DNA of 64,000 nucleotides from Lawsonibacter sp. (lineage in GTDB: Bacteria > Bacillota > Clostridia > Oscillospirales > Oscillospiraceae), in assembly GCA_037257225.1 (NCBI GenBank), contig JAYCWP010000023.1, positions 86 through 64,085 on the forward strand. Direction: 5' to 3'. Position numbers and translations under genes: made by a program. The notes beneath the pieces are model-generated. The model saw only the letters and a list, made by a program, of their open reading frames with translations, was not told the origin of the DNA and searched no databases. Below, in pieces: positions 18,905 to 28,617 of the stretch. The first letter of the stretch is position 1. Each line of letters starts with the position of its first letter.

Positions 18905-20092
18905 ATGCATGCATTTGAGTTTTCTATTCCCACTCAGATCGTCTTTGGAGCAGGGACAGAGACCCGGACCGGAGAACTGGCCGCTGGGCTGGGTGCCAGC
19001 CGGGTCCTCCTGGTCTGTGGTGGCCAGAGTGCCCGGCACAGTGGGTTGCTGGACCGGGTGGAGCAGTCCCTGACCCAGGCGGGACTCGCCTGCCGTATCT
19101 TTGCTGGGATCCACCCCAATCCCCGTCTGTTCCAAGTCCAGGAGGGTGTCCAAGCGGCACTGGAGTTCGGCGCAGACCTGGTCCTTGCCGTCGGAGGCGG
19201 CAGCGTCATCGACGCCGCCAAGGCCATTGCCCTGGGCGCAGCGGAGCCGGAGGCCGATCTGTGGGACTTCTGGCTGGGTAAGCGCCCGGTAGCGCGCACC
19301 CTGCCAGTAGGGGTGGTGCTCACCATCTCCGCCGCCGGGAGCGAGACCAGTTCCTCTGCTGTGCTCACCAGGGATGATACCCTGGAAAAGCGTGGTCTGA
19401 CTTCGGAGCGGATCCGTCCCCGCTTTGCGGTGATGAATCCAGAACTGACCTGCTCCCTCCCCCCTTACCAGATTGCCTGCGGTGTGGTGGACATCATGAT
19501 GCACACCCTGGATCGCTATTTCACCAGCGTCACCGGCAACCTGCTCACTGATGAGATCGCCCAAGGGCTGCTGCGTACAGTGATCCGCTGCGGCACTCGG
19601 GCTCTGGCAGATCCCCAAGACCTCCAGGCCATGAGTGAACTCATGTGGGCAGGCAGCCTCTCCCACAACGGGCTCACTGGACTGGGCGCACCGAAGGATT
19701 TTGCCGTCCATCAGCTGGGCCATGAACTCAGCGCCCGCTTCGACTTTGCCCATGGGGCTACACTCTCTGCCATGTGGGGCAGCTGGGCAGAGTACTGTGT
19801 CGAGACCAATCCCGCCCGTTTTGCCCAGTATGGAGTAAGCGTTTGGGAACTGGATCCAACCAGTGGCAGCCAGGATGAACTGGCCCGGCAGGCCATCGCC
19901 CGTACTGTGGAGTACTTCCGTTCTTTGGGGATGCCCACCTGTTTGACTGAGCTGGGCTGCGGTCTCCAGAGCGAGGAGGAACTAAAGGCGCTGGCCCGCC
20001 GCTGTACCTTCTACGGGGCGAGGACCATCGGTGCCTTCCGTGTGCTGGGCGAGTCGGACATCCTTGCCATTTACCGGGCGGCCAACCGCTGA
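18905..20092 (+). CDS. iron-containing alcohol dehydrogenase (BdhA/YqhD-like)
   Basis: [18 protein letters not shown]...VLLVCGG.S......[13 protein letters not shown]... with His-rich metal-site motifs ([14 protein letters not shown]). Confidence 0.85.
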   Translation: MHAFEFSIPTQIVFGAGTETRTGELAAGLGASRVLLVCGGQSARHSGLLDRVEQSLTQAGLACRIFAGIHPNPRLFQVQEGVQAALEFGADLVLAVGGGSVIDAAKAIALGAAEPEADLWDFWLGKRPVARTLPVGVVLTISAAGSETSSSAVLTRDDTLEKRGLTSERIRPRFAVMNPELTCSLPPYQIACGVVDIMMHTLDRYFTSVTGNLLTDEIAQGLLRTVIRCGTRALADPQDLQAMSELMWAGSLSHNGLTGLGAPKDFAVHQLGHELSARFDFAHGATLSAMWGSWAEYCVETNPARFAQYGVSVWELDPTSGSQDELARQAIARTVEYFRSLGMPTCLTELGCGLQSEEELKALARRCTFYGARTIGAFRVLGESDILAIYRAANR

Positions 20093-20162
20093 GTCCGTCA
20101 GTGTCCCCCTAGATCTTCCGTTCATATCCCGGCAGTTTTGCCGCCTGAGAGGAGCGATCCCT

Positions 20163-21659
20163 GTGAAGCGATATATTGCCGCCCTGGATCAGGGCACCAC
20201 CAGCAGCCGCTGCATCCTGTTTGACCAAAATCAGAACATCCTTGGCACCGCCCAGCGGGAACTGACCCAAATCTATCCCCAGCCCGGCTGGGTGGAACAG
20301 GACCCTATGGAGATCTGGTCTACCCAGTACTCCGTTCTCACTGAGGTACTGGCCCAAACAGGTATCTCCCCCAATGAATTAGCCGCCATCGGCATCACAA
20401 ATCAGCGGGAAACCACCATCGTCTGGGACAGGGTCACCGGGCGTCCCATCTACAATGCCATCGTTTGGCAGTGCCGCCGCACTGCGCCGCTATGTGAACA
20501 GCTCAAAGAGGACCAGACCTTGACCAACTACATCCAGGAGCACACCGGCCTGCTCATCGACGCCTATTTCTCCGCCACCAAACTCAGTTGGATCTTGGAC
20601 CATGTGGAAGGGGCTCGGGCACGGGCGGAGGCCGGAGACCTCCTCTTCGGCACCGTGGACTCTTGGCTGCTGTGGAAGCTTACCGGCGGAAAGGTCCACA
20701 TCACAGACTACACCAACGCCAGCCGCACGATGCTCTTTGATATCCAGTCGCTGTGCTGGGACCCCCATATCTGTGGCCGCCTGGGCATCCCCATGTCTAT
20801 GCTTCCTCAAGTTCGGGACTCCAGCGGAATCTACGGCTCTGTCGAACTCCAGGGAGCACAGGTCCCCATCGCCGGCATTGCCGGCGACCAGCAGGCAGCT
20901 CTGTTCGGCCAGGCCTGCTTCTCTCCCGGCGAGGCCAAAAACACCTACGGTACTGGTTGCTTCCTGTTGATGAACACCGGCGAGAGGCTCTACCGCAGCC
21001 AAAACGGCCTGCTGTCCACCATCGCCATCGGCCTGAACGGAAAGGTGCAGTACGCCCTGGAAGGCTCCGTCTTTGTGGGAGGCGCGGTGATCCAGTGGAT
21101 CCGGGACGAACTGCGCTTCATCGGAGAGGCCCGGGATGCAGAATACTACGCCTCCAAGGTGCCAGATACCGGCGGGGTCTACCTGGTCCCCGCCTTCACC
21201 GGCCTGGGAGCCCCCTACTGGGATATGTACGCCCGGGGCGCGCTGGTAGGGCTGACCCGCGGTACCAGCCGGGACCACATCATTCGAGCCGCCCAGGAGT
21301 CTATCGCCTATCAGAGTTGGGATTTGGTCCACGCTATGGAAAAGGACACCGGGATCCCGCTCACCCAGCTGAAGGTGGACGGCGGGGCCAGCCGCGACCG
21401 CTTCCTGATGCAGTTTCAGGCGGACATTCTGGACAAGCCGGTTTGCCGCCCCGTGATTCGAGAGACCACCGCACTGGGCGCAGCCTACCTGGCTGGTCTG
21501 GCAGTTGGAATGTGGCGCAATCTGGAGGAGATCCGCGCCCAGTGGAAGCTGGATCGCCTCTATGAGCCGGATATGGGAACAGATGACCGCGCCCGCCTGC
21601 TGGCAGGCTGGCATAAGGCAGTGGGCCGTGCCCTCCGCTGGGCCGAACCGGAACCGTGA
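20163..21659 (+). CDS. glpK: glycerol kinase
   Basis: [21 protein letters not shown]...GITNQRETT...FGTVDSWL...[10 protein letters not shown]... GTG 20163 follows GAGGAG. Confidence 0.95.
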   Translation: MKRYIAALDQGTTSSRCILFDQNQNILGTAQRELTQIYPQPGWVEQDPMEIWSTQYSVLTEVLAQTGISPNELAAIGITNQRETTIVWDRVTGRPIYNAIVWQCRRTAPLCEQLKEDQTLTNYIQEHTGLLIDAYFSATKLSWILDHVEGARARAEAGDLLFGTVDSWLLWKLTGGKVHITDYTNASRTMLFDIQSLCWDPHICGRLGIPMSMLPQVRDSSGIYGSVELQGAQVPIAGIAGDQQAALFGQACFSPGEAKNTYGTGCFLLMNTGERLYRSQNGLLSTIAIGLNGKVQYALEGSVFVGGAVIQWIRDELRFIGEARDAEYYASKVPDTGGVYLVPAFTGLGAPYWDMYARGALVGLTRGTSRDHIIRAAQESIAYQSWDLVHAMEKDTGIPLTQLKVDGGASRDRFLMQFQADILDKPVCRPVIRETTALGAAYLAGLAVGMWRNLEEIRAQWKLDRLYEPDMGTDDRARLLAGWHKAVGRALRWAEPEP

Positions 21660-21685
21660 TTGTCACAGGAAAGGAGCCCGACAAG

Positions 21686-22129
21686 ATGGAAGAAGAACAA
21701 ATCTGCCGAGAAATTTGGGCGCGCTGGGTCCCGAAGCGGGGACAGTCCACCATGCTCCAGGGAGAACTGCTGCGGCAGATTGAGCGCCTCCGTTACGAAG
21801 CCCAGGCCAACGGGAACCGGAATTGGTGCCGTGACCATGCCTTTTTCTGTGCCTTTTTGGATCATACTTTGCTGGACTCTGGTGTACTCTCATCGGAGGA
21901 GTCAGAGCAGCTTCACGGTGTTCTTGTCCATCTGCGCTCCTGCGGTGAGGTCGCCCATCGGTACCACCGCGGGGAGTTCACCCAGCAAGAACTGGAGGAG
22001 GACTATCATGGGGAGACCGCCTGCACAGATGATGCACCTTATGATCTGGTACGCAGCGCTATCGTCCGTTTCTGCCTGGCCCACCCAACCCCCATCCCCT
22101 ATCAGCCCCGACCGGACATCCGGCACTGA
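21686..22129 (+). CDS. hypothetical protein
   Basis: 147 aa. AAAGGAG lies 8 nt before ATG 21686, which is 27 nt after the glpK stop. No family recognised. Confidence 0.55.
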   Translation: MEEEQICREIWARWVPKRGQSTMLQGELLRQIERLRYEAQANGNRNWCRDHAFFCAFLDHTLLDSGVLSSEESEQLHGVLVHLRSCGEVAHRYHRGEFTQQELEEDYHGETACTDDAPYDLVRSAIVRFCLAHPTPIPYQPRPDIRH

Positions 22130-22169
22130 GCCGTCCTTTGGCGGAAACATCACAATAGGAGTGATCCCT

Positions 22170-22454
22170 ATGTTGAGTCCCATTGAAATTCCCACCATGC
22201 TGTTTTGGGAAAACGGAAATACCTGGTACGGCAGTAAGGGAGAGGCCCGCTTTTTCATCCATCCCTCCTCACATGATGTGGAGGACGGCTCCACCCACAC
22301 CATGCTGGATGTGGAACTTTGGAAAGGCCCTCTCTGCCGCGCCTTGAGCCAGGTTCTGGCGAATGCCTCCTTCCCTCTCACCGAGGAGGGACTGGTCCAG
22401 CTGACCGTTTGGCTGGAAGAGAAGGCTGCCGGTCTAAATGGTCCGGAGACCTGA
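22170..22454 (+). CDS. hypothetical small protein
   Basis: 94 aa (MLSPIEIPTMLFWENGNTWYGSKGEARFF...). AGGAG lies upstream of ATG 22170, and a strong terminator follows. No family recognised. Confidence 0.5.
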   Translation: MLSPIEIPTMLFWENGNTWYGSKGEARFFIHPSSHDVEDGSTHTMLDVELWKGPLCRALSQVLANASFPLTEEGLVQLTVWLEEKAAGLNGPET

Positions 22455-22461
22455 AATCTAT

Positions 22462-22509
22462 AAAAACTGTTCCCCCGCCGTTTTCTAAAACGGCGGGGGA
22501 ACAGTTTTT
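22462..22509. terminator. bidirectional intrinsic terminator
   Basis: 19-bp stem AAAAACTGTTCCCCCGCCG/CGGCGGGGGAACAGTTTTT. Confidence 0.85.
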
Positions 22510-22529
22510 ATATTTGAGAGACCGCGGAA

Positions 22530-23078
22530 TCACACATGCCTCTGCTCTCGGTTCCGGGAAGCCAGCCACAGAGCGCACAGGGCACACAAGCCGCCGATCA
22601 TGGCTCCAGCCAGGACATCACTGGGATAATGGACTCCCACATAAAGCCGAGACAGCCCCATACACACCGCTTGGACCACCGCAGCCACCCGTGCCCAGCG
22701 CCACGGCAGCACTTTGGCCCAGGCCAGGCCCGCAGCAAAGGATGCGCAGGTGTGGCCTGACGGAAAAGAATTTGGATCGGCAGAGGTCAGCAGGGGAACC
22801 AGACACTCCATTGTCACATAGGGGCGTGGCCGGAGCACCAACTGCTTCAGGACTACATTGGTGCACAGCATCCCAAGCGCCATGGCCAGCAGGGCGATCC
22901 CTCCGGCCCGCCGGGTCGGCTTCCAGCACAGCATTGCCAGCGAAAGCGCAATCCACAGTATTCCCGCGTTCCCCAACGAGGTGAAAATTTCCACGATCGG
23001 ATTCAGGGCTGGGATGCGTACAGCATCCTGAATCCAGAGCAGTGCTGTTTCATCCAGCATCTGTATCATTTCCGGCAT
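22530..23078 (-). CDS. PAP2 family phosphatase (undecaprenyl-diphosphatase-like)
   Basis: Membrane protein with PAP2 motifs ...RPRP..., SFPSGHT and SRLYVGVHYPSDVLAG. The start is set at MPEMIQ (ATG 23078). The ORF-track start at 23219 is probably too long. Confidence 0.8.
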   Translation of the reverse strand: MPEMIQMLDETALLWIQDAVRIPALNPIVEIFTSLGNAGILWIALSLAMLCWKPTRRAGGIALLAMALGMLCTNVVLKQLVLRPRPYVTMECLVPLLTSADPNSFPSGHTCASFAAGLAWAKVLPWRWARVAAVVQAVCMGLSRLYVGVHYPSDVLAGAMIGGLCALCALWLASRNREQRHV

Positions 23079-23250
23079 TGTTTTCCTGCCTTTCCTCCCT
23101 TGACCGGCCCTCTTGGGGCCAGTATAATGGAAGCAGTAAGATGGACTGATGGTGCGCTGGTGTTCCAGCTGCCCATTGTCATATTGATTCATTATACCCG
23201 CTTTCCCCGCCCCACGCAAGAGTACACGGCGTTTTCACAGGAGGACCATT

Positions 23251-24330
23251 TTGAAGCAGATCGTCTGTCTCTCCAACGAGGCCTGGAGTCATTCCCCCGG
23301 GCGCACTCAGCAGCTCATCGCCCGGCTGAAGCACACCCAAGTTCTCTTTTTCTCTCCCGCCAGCAACTGGCGGGATATGCGCTTTCGTGCCAGAGGCCGT
23401 TCCGTCAAACCCAACATCACAGAGTATACTCTCCCCCCCCTTCTGCTCCCTACAGACGAGCGCTACGGACCGCTGTTCCATCTGGGCCAGCGCAGACTGG
23501 CCCGCTTCATCGCCGGGCGCATGGAGGAGCACCGCTTCCGCTCCCCCCTGCTCTGGTGTGCCTGCCCGGAGCAGGTCCACCTGCTGGACCGTCTGGACTA
23601 CGACGGTCTGATCTACGACTGCGACCGGGAGTGGGACGACCTGCCCCCGGCCTGGGAAGGCTCTCTGGCCTCTGCCGCCGACGTGGTGTTCGCCGCCTCC
23701 CCGGAGCTGGCAGAGCGCCTCTCCCCGTGCAGCGGCAACATCGCCCTGCTGCCCAACGGGGTGACCTATCCCCTGTTCTCCCGGATCGCCGCTCCCAGCC
23801 GTCCCCGTCCGGAGGACCCTGTGCTGGGCTGGGCCGGCACCATCCACGGGGATCTGGACCTGTCCCCCCTGCTCTATGCTGCTCAGTCTCGGCCCCGCTG
23901 GACCTTCCTGCTGTTGGGACGCCAGGAGCACAACCCGCTTCTGAGCCAGCTGGCTAAACTTCCCAACGTACATTTTTTACCTCCCTGTCCCTTGATGGAG
24001 GTACCAGAGCACCTGTCCCGATGCCGGGTGCTGCTGAACTTCCTGCGGGAGGACCGTCCGGACTGTGATGTGATCCCCACCCGGATCTATGAGTATCTCT
24101 CCACCGGCCGCCCTATCGTCTCCATGCTCTGGCCTGACCAGGTGGAGCATTTTCCAGATGTGGTATACGGCGCCCATTCCCACCACGAATTTCTCACATT
24201 GTGTGAGCACGCCCTGGAGGAACCCGCAGCCTGGGTCTCCCAGCGCCGTCTGGCCCACGGAGCGGCGGCAGCCTGGTCTATCCGGGCTGGACAGGTCTCC
24301 CGGATCCTAAGCACCGCTGGTCTGCTGTAA
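23251..24330 (+). CDS. putative glycosyltransferase (GT-B/GT1-like, TuaH-like)
   Basis: 359 aa with a TTG start after AGGAGGA. N-terminus KQIVCLSNEAWSHSPGRTQQL, and the C-terminal half has a ...E...P.K.YEYL..G.PIV pattern. Family assignment is moderate. Confidence 0.55.
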   Translation: MKQIVCLSNEAWSHSPGRTQQLIARLKHTQVLFFSPASNWRDMRFRARGRSVKPNITEYTLPPLLLPTDERYGPLFHLGQRRLARFIAGRMEEHRFRSPLLWCACPEQVHLLDRLDYDGLIYDCDREWDDLPPAWEGSLASAADVVFAASPELAERLSPCSGNIALLPNGVTYPLFSRIAAPSRPRPEDPVLGWAGTIHGDLDLSPLLYAAQSRPRWTFLLLGRQEHNPLLSQLAKLPNVHFLPPCPLMEVPEHLSRCRVLLNFLREDRPDCDVIPTRIYEYLSTGRPIVSMLWPDQVEHFPDVVYGAHSHHEFLTLCEHALEEPAAWVSQRRLAHGAAAAWSIRAGQVSRILSTAGLL

Positions 24331-24412
24331 GCCCATTCTGTCCCGGCCCCACAAGTTTCCACCACTTTCCCCGGCATCTCATTGTACAAGCCTACGAATT
24401 TAAGTCCCCCCC

Positions 24413-24441
24413 TTGCAAATCCCGGCTGTTTTCGATAAAAT
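24413..24441 (+). promoter_or_regulatory. promoter of the purE operon leader
   Basis: TTGCAA (24413-24418), a 17-nt spacer, then TAAAAT (24436-24441). Confidence 0.6.
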
Positions 24442-24473
24442 GAAACTCTAACAAGGGCAAGGAGGTTCTTCCT

Positions 24474-24560
24474 ATGGGGTATGCGTGTCTGTTTCACTGT
24501 TCTGCTCAGCGCTGCTTTCACCAGGGCCCCAATCTGCCCATTCCTACAACCGCATCCTAA
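24474..24560 (+). CDS. candidate 28-codon leader ORF (MGYACLFHCSAQRCFHQGPNLPIPTTAS)
   Basis: AAGGAGG (24459-24465) lies 8 nt before ATG 24474. The stop TAA at 24558-24560 is 3 nt before the leader terminator stem. No homology evidence. Confidence 0.3.
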   Translation: MGYACLFHCSAQRCFHQGPNLPIPTTAS

Positions 24561-24563
24561 ATA

Positions 24564-24604
24564 TTCAGGCCCCCTGTCACCCGCAGGCGGCCTGAACTTT
24601 TTTG
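24564..24604 (+). terminator. intrinsic terminator within the purE 5' leader (attenuator candidate)
   Basis: Stem TTCAGGCC...CCTG/CAGG...GGCCTGAA followed by CTTTTTTG. It sits 22 nt upstream of the purE start codon. Confidence 0.7.
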
Positions 24605-24626
24605 AGCTGGAAGGAGAGATCGATCT

Positions 24627-25124
24627 ATGAGCAAGAAAGTAGCGGTCATTATGGGCTCAGACAGCGACTGGCCCGTCGTTAAGGCGGCTTGTGCTCAGTT
24701 GGCTGAGTTCAGCATTCCCTATGAGGCCCATATCCTCAGTGCCCACCGCACCCCCGCCGCCGCCGCGGAGTTTGCCCGGAACGCCCGGAAAAACGGCTTC
24801 GGTGTGCTGATCTGTGCCGCTGGCATGGCGGCCCATCTGGCCGGCGCCTTTGCCGGAAACTCCACCCTGCCGGTCATCGGCATCCCCATGAAGGGTGGCG
24901 CTATGGACGGACTGGATGCCCTGTTGGCCACTGTGCAGATGCCCAGCGGCATTCCTGTTGCCACCGTAGCCCTCAACGGAGCCAAAAACGCAGCGGTTCT
25001 GGCCGCCCAGATCCTGGCTGTCAGCGATGACTCCCTGGCCGCCAAACTGGATGCCGCCCGCGAGAAAATGGCTGCACAGATCGCCGAAAAGGAGCAAATG
25101 CTCCAGGCCGAACTGGCTCAGTGA
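24627..25124 (+). CDS. purE: 5-(carboxyamino)imidazole ribonucleotide mutase
   Basis: KKVAVIMGSDSDWPV...SAHRTP...AGMAAHLAG...PVIGIP. Confidence 0.95.
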   Translation: MSKKVAVIMGSDSDWPVVKAACAQLAEFSIPYEAHILSAHRTPAAAAEFARNARKNGFGVLICAAGMAAHLAGAFAGNSTLPVIGIPMKGGAMDGLDALLATVQMPSGIPVATVALNGAKNAAVLAAQILAVSDDSLAAKLDAAREKMAAQIAEKEQMLQAELAQ

Positions 25125-25195
25125 TCTGCTTCTGAAACAGCTGTATCTTTGCTAAATTCTCAAAATTATTTATCATAAAACGGAGGAAACCCACC

Positions 25196-25888
25196 ATGGA
25201 AAAGAAGCTTGTTTACACCGGTAAGACCAAAGATGTGTTCGCTCTGGACAATGGAAACTACCTGCTGAAGTTTAAGGATGACTGCACCGGCAAAGACGGT
25301 GTGTTCGATCCCGGCGAGAACTCCGTAGGCCTGACCATTGACGGCGTGGGCGATGTGAACCTGCGGATGTCCATCTATTTCTTCGAGAAGATCAATGCAG
25401 CCGGCATCAAGACCCACTTTGTCTCCGCCGACCTGGCCAATACCACCATGGAGGTCCTGCCTGCCAAGGTGTTCGGCCACGGCCTGGAGGTCATCTGCCG
25501 CCACAAGGCGGTTGGCAGCTTCATCCGTCGGTACGGTGAGTATATCGCCGAAGGCGCCGATCTGCCCGCCTATGTTGAGACCACCTTCAAGAATGATGAG
25601 AAGGGCGATCCCCTGGTGACCAAGGACGCCCTGGTGGCTCTCGGTGTAATGACCGATGCCCAGTATGACGACATCAAGGACATGACCCAGAAGATCACCC
25701 AGATCGTAGCTGATGACCTGAAGGAAAAGGGCATGGTCCTGTATGATATCAAGTTTGAGTTTGGCTATGACGCCGATGGCAAGGTCATGCTCATCGATGA
25801 GGTGGCCTCCGGGAATATGCGTGTATACAAGGATGGACAGTATGTGGATCCCATGACCCTGTCCAAGCTGTTTTTCGCCCAGAAGTGA
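25196..25888 (+). CDS. purC: phosphoribosylaminoimidazole-succinocarboxamide synthase
   Basis: [12 protein letters not shown]... 230 aa, SAICAR synthase pattern. GGAGGAAA RBS. Confidence 0.9.
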   Translation: MEKKLVYTGKTKDVFALDNGNYLLKFKDDCTGKDGVFDPGENSVGLTIDGVGDVNLRMSIYFFEKINAAGIKTHFVSADLANTTMEVLPAKVFGHGLEVICRHKAVGSFIRRYGEYIAEGADLPAYVETTFKNDEKGDPLVTKDALVALGVMTDAQYDDIKDMTQKITQIVADDLKEKGMVLYDIKFEFGYDADGKVMLIDEVASGNMRVYKDGQYVDPMTLSKLFFAQK

Positions 25889-26034
25889 CCGCATTGTCCC
25901 CAAATCCCGGAGGTGCTCCGGATGGCACACTTGCATAAATGAGATGGCCTGGGAAAGAGGCGGAGCATGATAAGTCTCCGCCGCTTTTCCACGTCATCCT
26001 TCACTTTACCATTTGTATCATTGAGGAGGACATC

Positions 26035-27459
26035 ATGGGCGGCTTTTTTGGTGCAGTGTCTCACGAGGATGTGACACTGGATATTTTCTTCGGAGTGGAC
26101 TACCACTCCCATCTGGGTACCCGCCGGGGCGGCATGCTCATTCACGATGCGAAAGACGGGTTCCAGCGGCAGATCCACTCCATTGAGAACACCCCGTTTC
26201 GTACGAAATTTGAAAAGGATCTCACCGACTTCCATGGGTGCAGCGGCATCGGCTGTATCAGCGACACCGATCCACAGCCTCTGCTGGTTCGGTCCCACCT
26301 GGGCTTGTACGCCATCACCACAGTCGGCATCATCAACAACTCGGAGGAATTGATCCAGCGGTACTTCTCCGACCACGGTCACCAGTTCATGGCTATGAGT
26401 TCCGGCAAGGTCAACTCCACCGAGTTGGCCGCCGCTCTCATCAACCAAAAGGATGATCTGGTATCCGGAATTCTCCATGCACAGGAAGAGATCCGCGGCT
26501 CTCTCACTCTTCTGATCCTGACCAGCCAAGGAGAAATCATTGCCGCCCGCGACCGGGTTGGCCGGCTTCCAGTTCTGATTGGGAAAAAAGAGGGGGCTCA
26601 CTGTGTTTCCTTCGAATCCTTCGCCTATCATAAGCTGGGCTACACCGATGCCTATGAACTCGGGCCCAGGGAGATCGTCCGCATCACCGCCGACGGTATC
26701 GAGACCCTCTCCCCAGCTGGCAAGGAAATGAAGATATGCGCCTTCCTGTGGAGTTACTATGGCTATCCAAACTCTAACTATGAGGGAATCAATGTAGAGG
26801 TCATGCGTTACCGCAACGGCGAGATCATAGCTCGGGATGAAGTAGCCCGGGGAAAGCTGCCTAAGGTCGACTATGTGGCCGGTGTTCCTGACTCTGGCAT
26901 CCCCCACGCTATCGGTTTTGCCAACCGCAGCGGTAAGCCCTTTGCACGTCCCTTCGTCAAGTATACCCCCACCTGGCCCCGTTCCTTTATGCCCGCAAAC
27001 CAGGATGTGCGCAAGCAGGTGGCTAAAATGAAACAAATCCCGGTACCTGAACTCATCGAGGGGAAAAAGCTGCTCTTTGTAGATGACTCTATCGTCCGGG
27101 GCACTCAGCTGCGTGAGACCGTGGACTTTCTCTATGAGTCTGGGGCCGAGGAGGTCCACATGCGTTCCGCCTGCCCCCCCATCATGTACAGCTGCAAGTA
27201 CCTGAATTTCTCCCGCGGCAACTCTGATATGGATCTTTTGGCCCGTCGCACGATCCAAGAGCTGGAGGGAGATGAAGGGCAGCAACATGTAGAGGAATAC
27301 GCCGATGCCAGCACCCAACGTGGTCAATGTATGCTGAAAGCCATCTGCGAAAAATTCGGCTTCCACTCCTTGGGCTACCAATCTCTGGAAGGCCTTCTGG
27401 AGGCCATCGGCCTGGACCGTGACAAGGTATGTACCTACTGCTGGAGCGGCAAAGAATAA
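26035..27459 (+). CDS. purF: amidophosphoribosyltransferase homologue lacking the N-terminal Cys
   Basis: PRT-domain motif LLFVDDSIVRGTQL and a GATase-II-like N-terminal domain. The N-terminus is MGGFFGAVS rather than MCG(I/V). GAGGAGGA precedes ATG 26035. Confidence 0.8.
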   Translation: MGGFFGAVSHEDVTLDIFFGVDYHSHLGTRRGGMLIHDAKDGFQRQIHSIENTPFRTKFEKDLTDFHGCSGIGCISDTDPQPLLVRSHLGLYAITTVGIINNSEELIQRYFSDHGHQFMAMSSGKVNSTELAAALINQKDDLVSGILHAQEEIRGSLTLLILTSQGEIIAARDRVGRLPVLIGKKEGAHCVSFESFAYHKLGYTDAYELGPREIVRITADGIETLSPAGKEMKICAFLWSYYGYPNSNYEGINVEVMRYRNGEIIARDEVARGKLPKVDYVAGVPDSGIPHAIGFANRSGKPFARPFVKYTPTWPRSFMPANQDVRKQVAKMKQIPVPELIEGKKLLFVDDSIVRGTQLRETVDFLYESGAEEVHMRSACPPIMYSCKYLNFSRGNSDMDLLARRTIQELEGDEGQQHVEEYADASTQRGQCMLKAICEKFGFHSLGYQSLEGLLEAIGLDRDKVCTYCWSGKE

Positions 27460-27573
27460 CGCTCTATGATTGCATACTCAGAGCGCGGGAGAACGAAACC
27501 GTTCCCTTTAATTGATCCGTTTCAGCTCCCGGCTCCTAATCTCTCATTCTGATTTTGAACGGAGGTTTCTGTG

Positions 27574-28617
27574 ATGAAAAACTCTCACTCTGAGTCCTAC
27601 GCCGCCGCAGGTGTGGACGTCACTGCCGGATATGAGGCGGTAGAGCGCATCAAGCCTATGGTGGAGTCCACCTATATTCCCGGTGTCATGGGCACTTTGG
27701 GCGGCTTTGGTGGTATGTTTGCCCCCGATCTGGCTGGCATGAAAAAACCAGTTCTGGTTTCCGGAACCGATGGTGTTGGAACCAAGCTGAAGCTGGCCTT
27801 CCTGATGGACAAACACGACACCGTAGGCATCGACTGTGTTGCCATGTGTGTCAACGATATTGTGTGCGGCGGCGCCGCCCCCATGTTCTTCCTGGACTAC
27901 ATCGCCTGCGGCAAGAACCATCCCGCCCGCATCGCTGACATCGTCTCTGGTATCACCGAGGGCTGCCGTCAGGCCGAGTGCGCCCTGGTAGGCGGCGAGA
28001 CCGCTGAAATGCCTGGCTTCTATCCTGTGGACGAGTACGACCTGGCCGGTTTCTCCGTGGGCATTGTGGACGAGGAAAAGATCATTGATGGCAAAAAGCT
28101 GGCCGCAGGTGACGTACTGGTTGGACTGGCCTCCTCCGGCGTTCACTCCAACGGTTTCTCTCTGGTTCGCAAGGTGCTGGATGTAGAGCACGCCGACCTC
28201 AAGACTCCCCGAGAGGATCTGAACGGCAAGAGCCTGGGCGAGGCCCTGCTGGCCCCCACCCGCATCTATGTCAAGGCGGTGAAGGCTCTGTTGAAGGCCG
28301 GTGTGGATATCCACGCCGTCAGCCACATCACCGGCGGCGGCTTCTATGAGAATGTTCCCCGCATGATGACCGAGGGCCTCACTGCCCAGATCGATCTGAG
28401 CACCTTCCCCCGCCTGCCTATCTTTGACCTGATCCAGAAGACTGGCGGTATCCCTGAGCGGGATATGTACAACACCTTCAATATGGGTATCGGCATGATT
28501 CTTGCCCTTCCCGCTGCACAGGCCGGGCAGGCTCTGTCCGTTCTGAAGGAGGCCGGCGAGACTGCCTATCAGATCGGCTCTGTCATCACTGGAGAGGCCG
28601 GCGTGGAGCTGGTTTAA
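27574..28617 (+). CDS. purM: phosphoribosylformylglycinamidine cyclo-ligase (AIR synthetase)
   Basis: SYAAAGVDV...GGFGG...[11 protein letters not shown]... Confidence 0.95.
   Translation: MKNSHSESYAAAGVDVTAGYEAVERIKPMVESTYIPGVMGTLGGFGGMFAPDLAGMKKPVLVSGTDGVGTKLKLAFLMDKHDTVGIDCVAMCVNDIVCGGAAPMFFLDYIACGKNHPARIADIVSGITEGCRQAECALVGGETAEMPGFYPVDEYDLAGFSVGIVDEEKIIDGKKLAAGDVLVGLASSGVHSNGFSLVRKVLDVEHADLKTPREDLNGKSLGEALLAPTRIYVKAVKALLKAGVDIHAVSHITGGGFYENVPRMMTEGLTAQIDLSTFPRLPIFDLIQKTGGIPERDMYNTFNMGIGMILALPAAQAGQALSVLKEAGETAYQIGSVITGEAGVELV

Noticed and set aside
18005-18918. Several plus- and minus-strand ORFs (18005-18553, 18043-18918, 18195-18656, 18216-18590) across the collagen repeat, and the question of whether the regular repeats are a CRISPR array
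   Set aside because: Gly-X-Y coding repeats are open in most frames. Only the minus-strand frame at 18001-18747 gives a coherent protein with an RBS. The repeats are contiguous 54-bp units without unique spacers, so this is not a CRISPR array.
21660-22169. Long 264-aa frame (21660-22454) suggesting a single larger gene or a frameshift after glpK
   Set aside because: The upstream 170 codons of that frame overlap the better-supported 147-aa ORF and lack an RBS. Only the distal part, from ATG 22170 with its own RBS, is retained.
24442-24626. A known purine-responsive riboswitch (guanine/adenine, ZTP or PRPP-ykkC) upstream of purE
   Set aside because: I could not find the conserved cores by eye: TATA...ATGG...TTTCTACC for the purine class, GGGTCGTGAC.../CCGCCTGGGCA for ZTP, or the GGGA/ACGR ykkC elements. 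It is reported instead as an unclassified leader, and a covariance-model search is needed.
25765-27381. 538-aa minus-strand ORF antisense to purC/purF
   Set aside because: It is the mirror frame of a well-supported purF homologue and matches no family. The same applies to 27544-28326 (-), 28714-29418 (-), 30630-31625 (-), 32316-33032 (-) and 33282-34502 (-) across the pur cluster.
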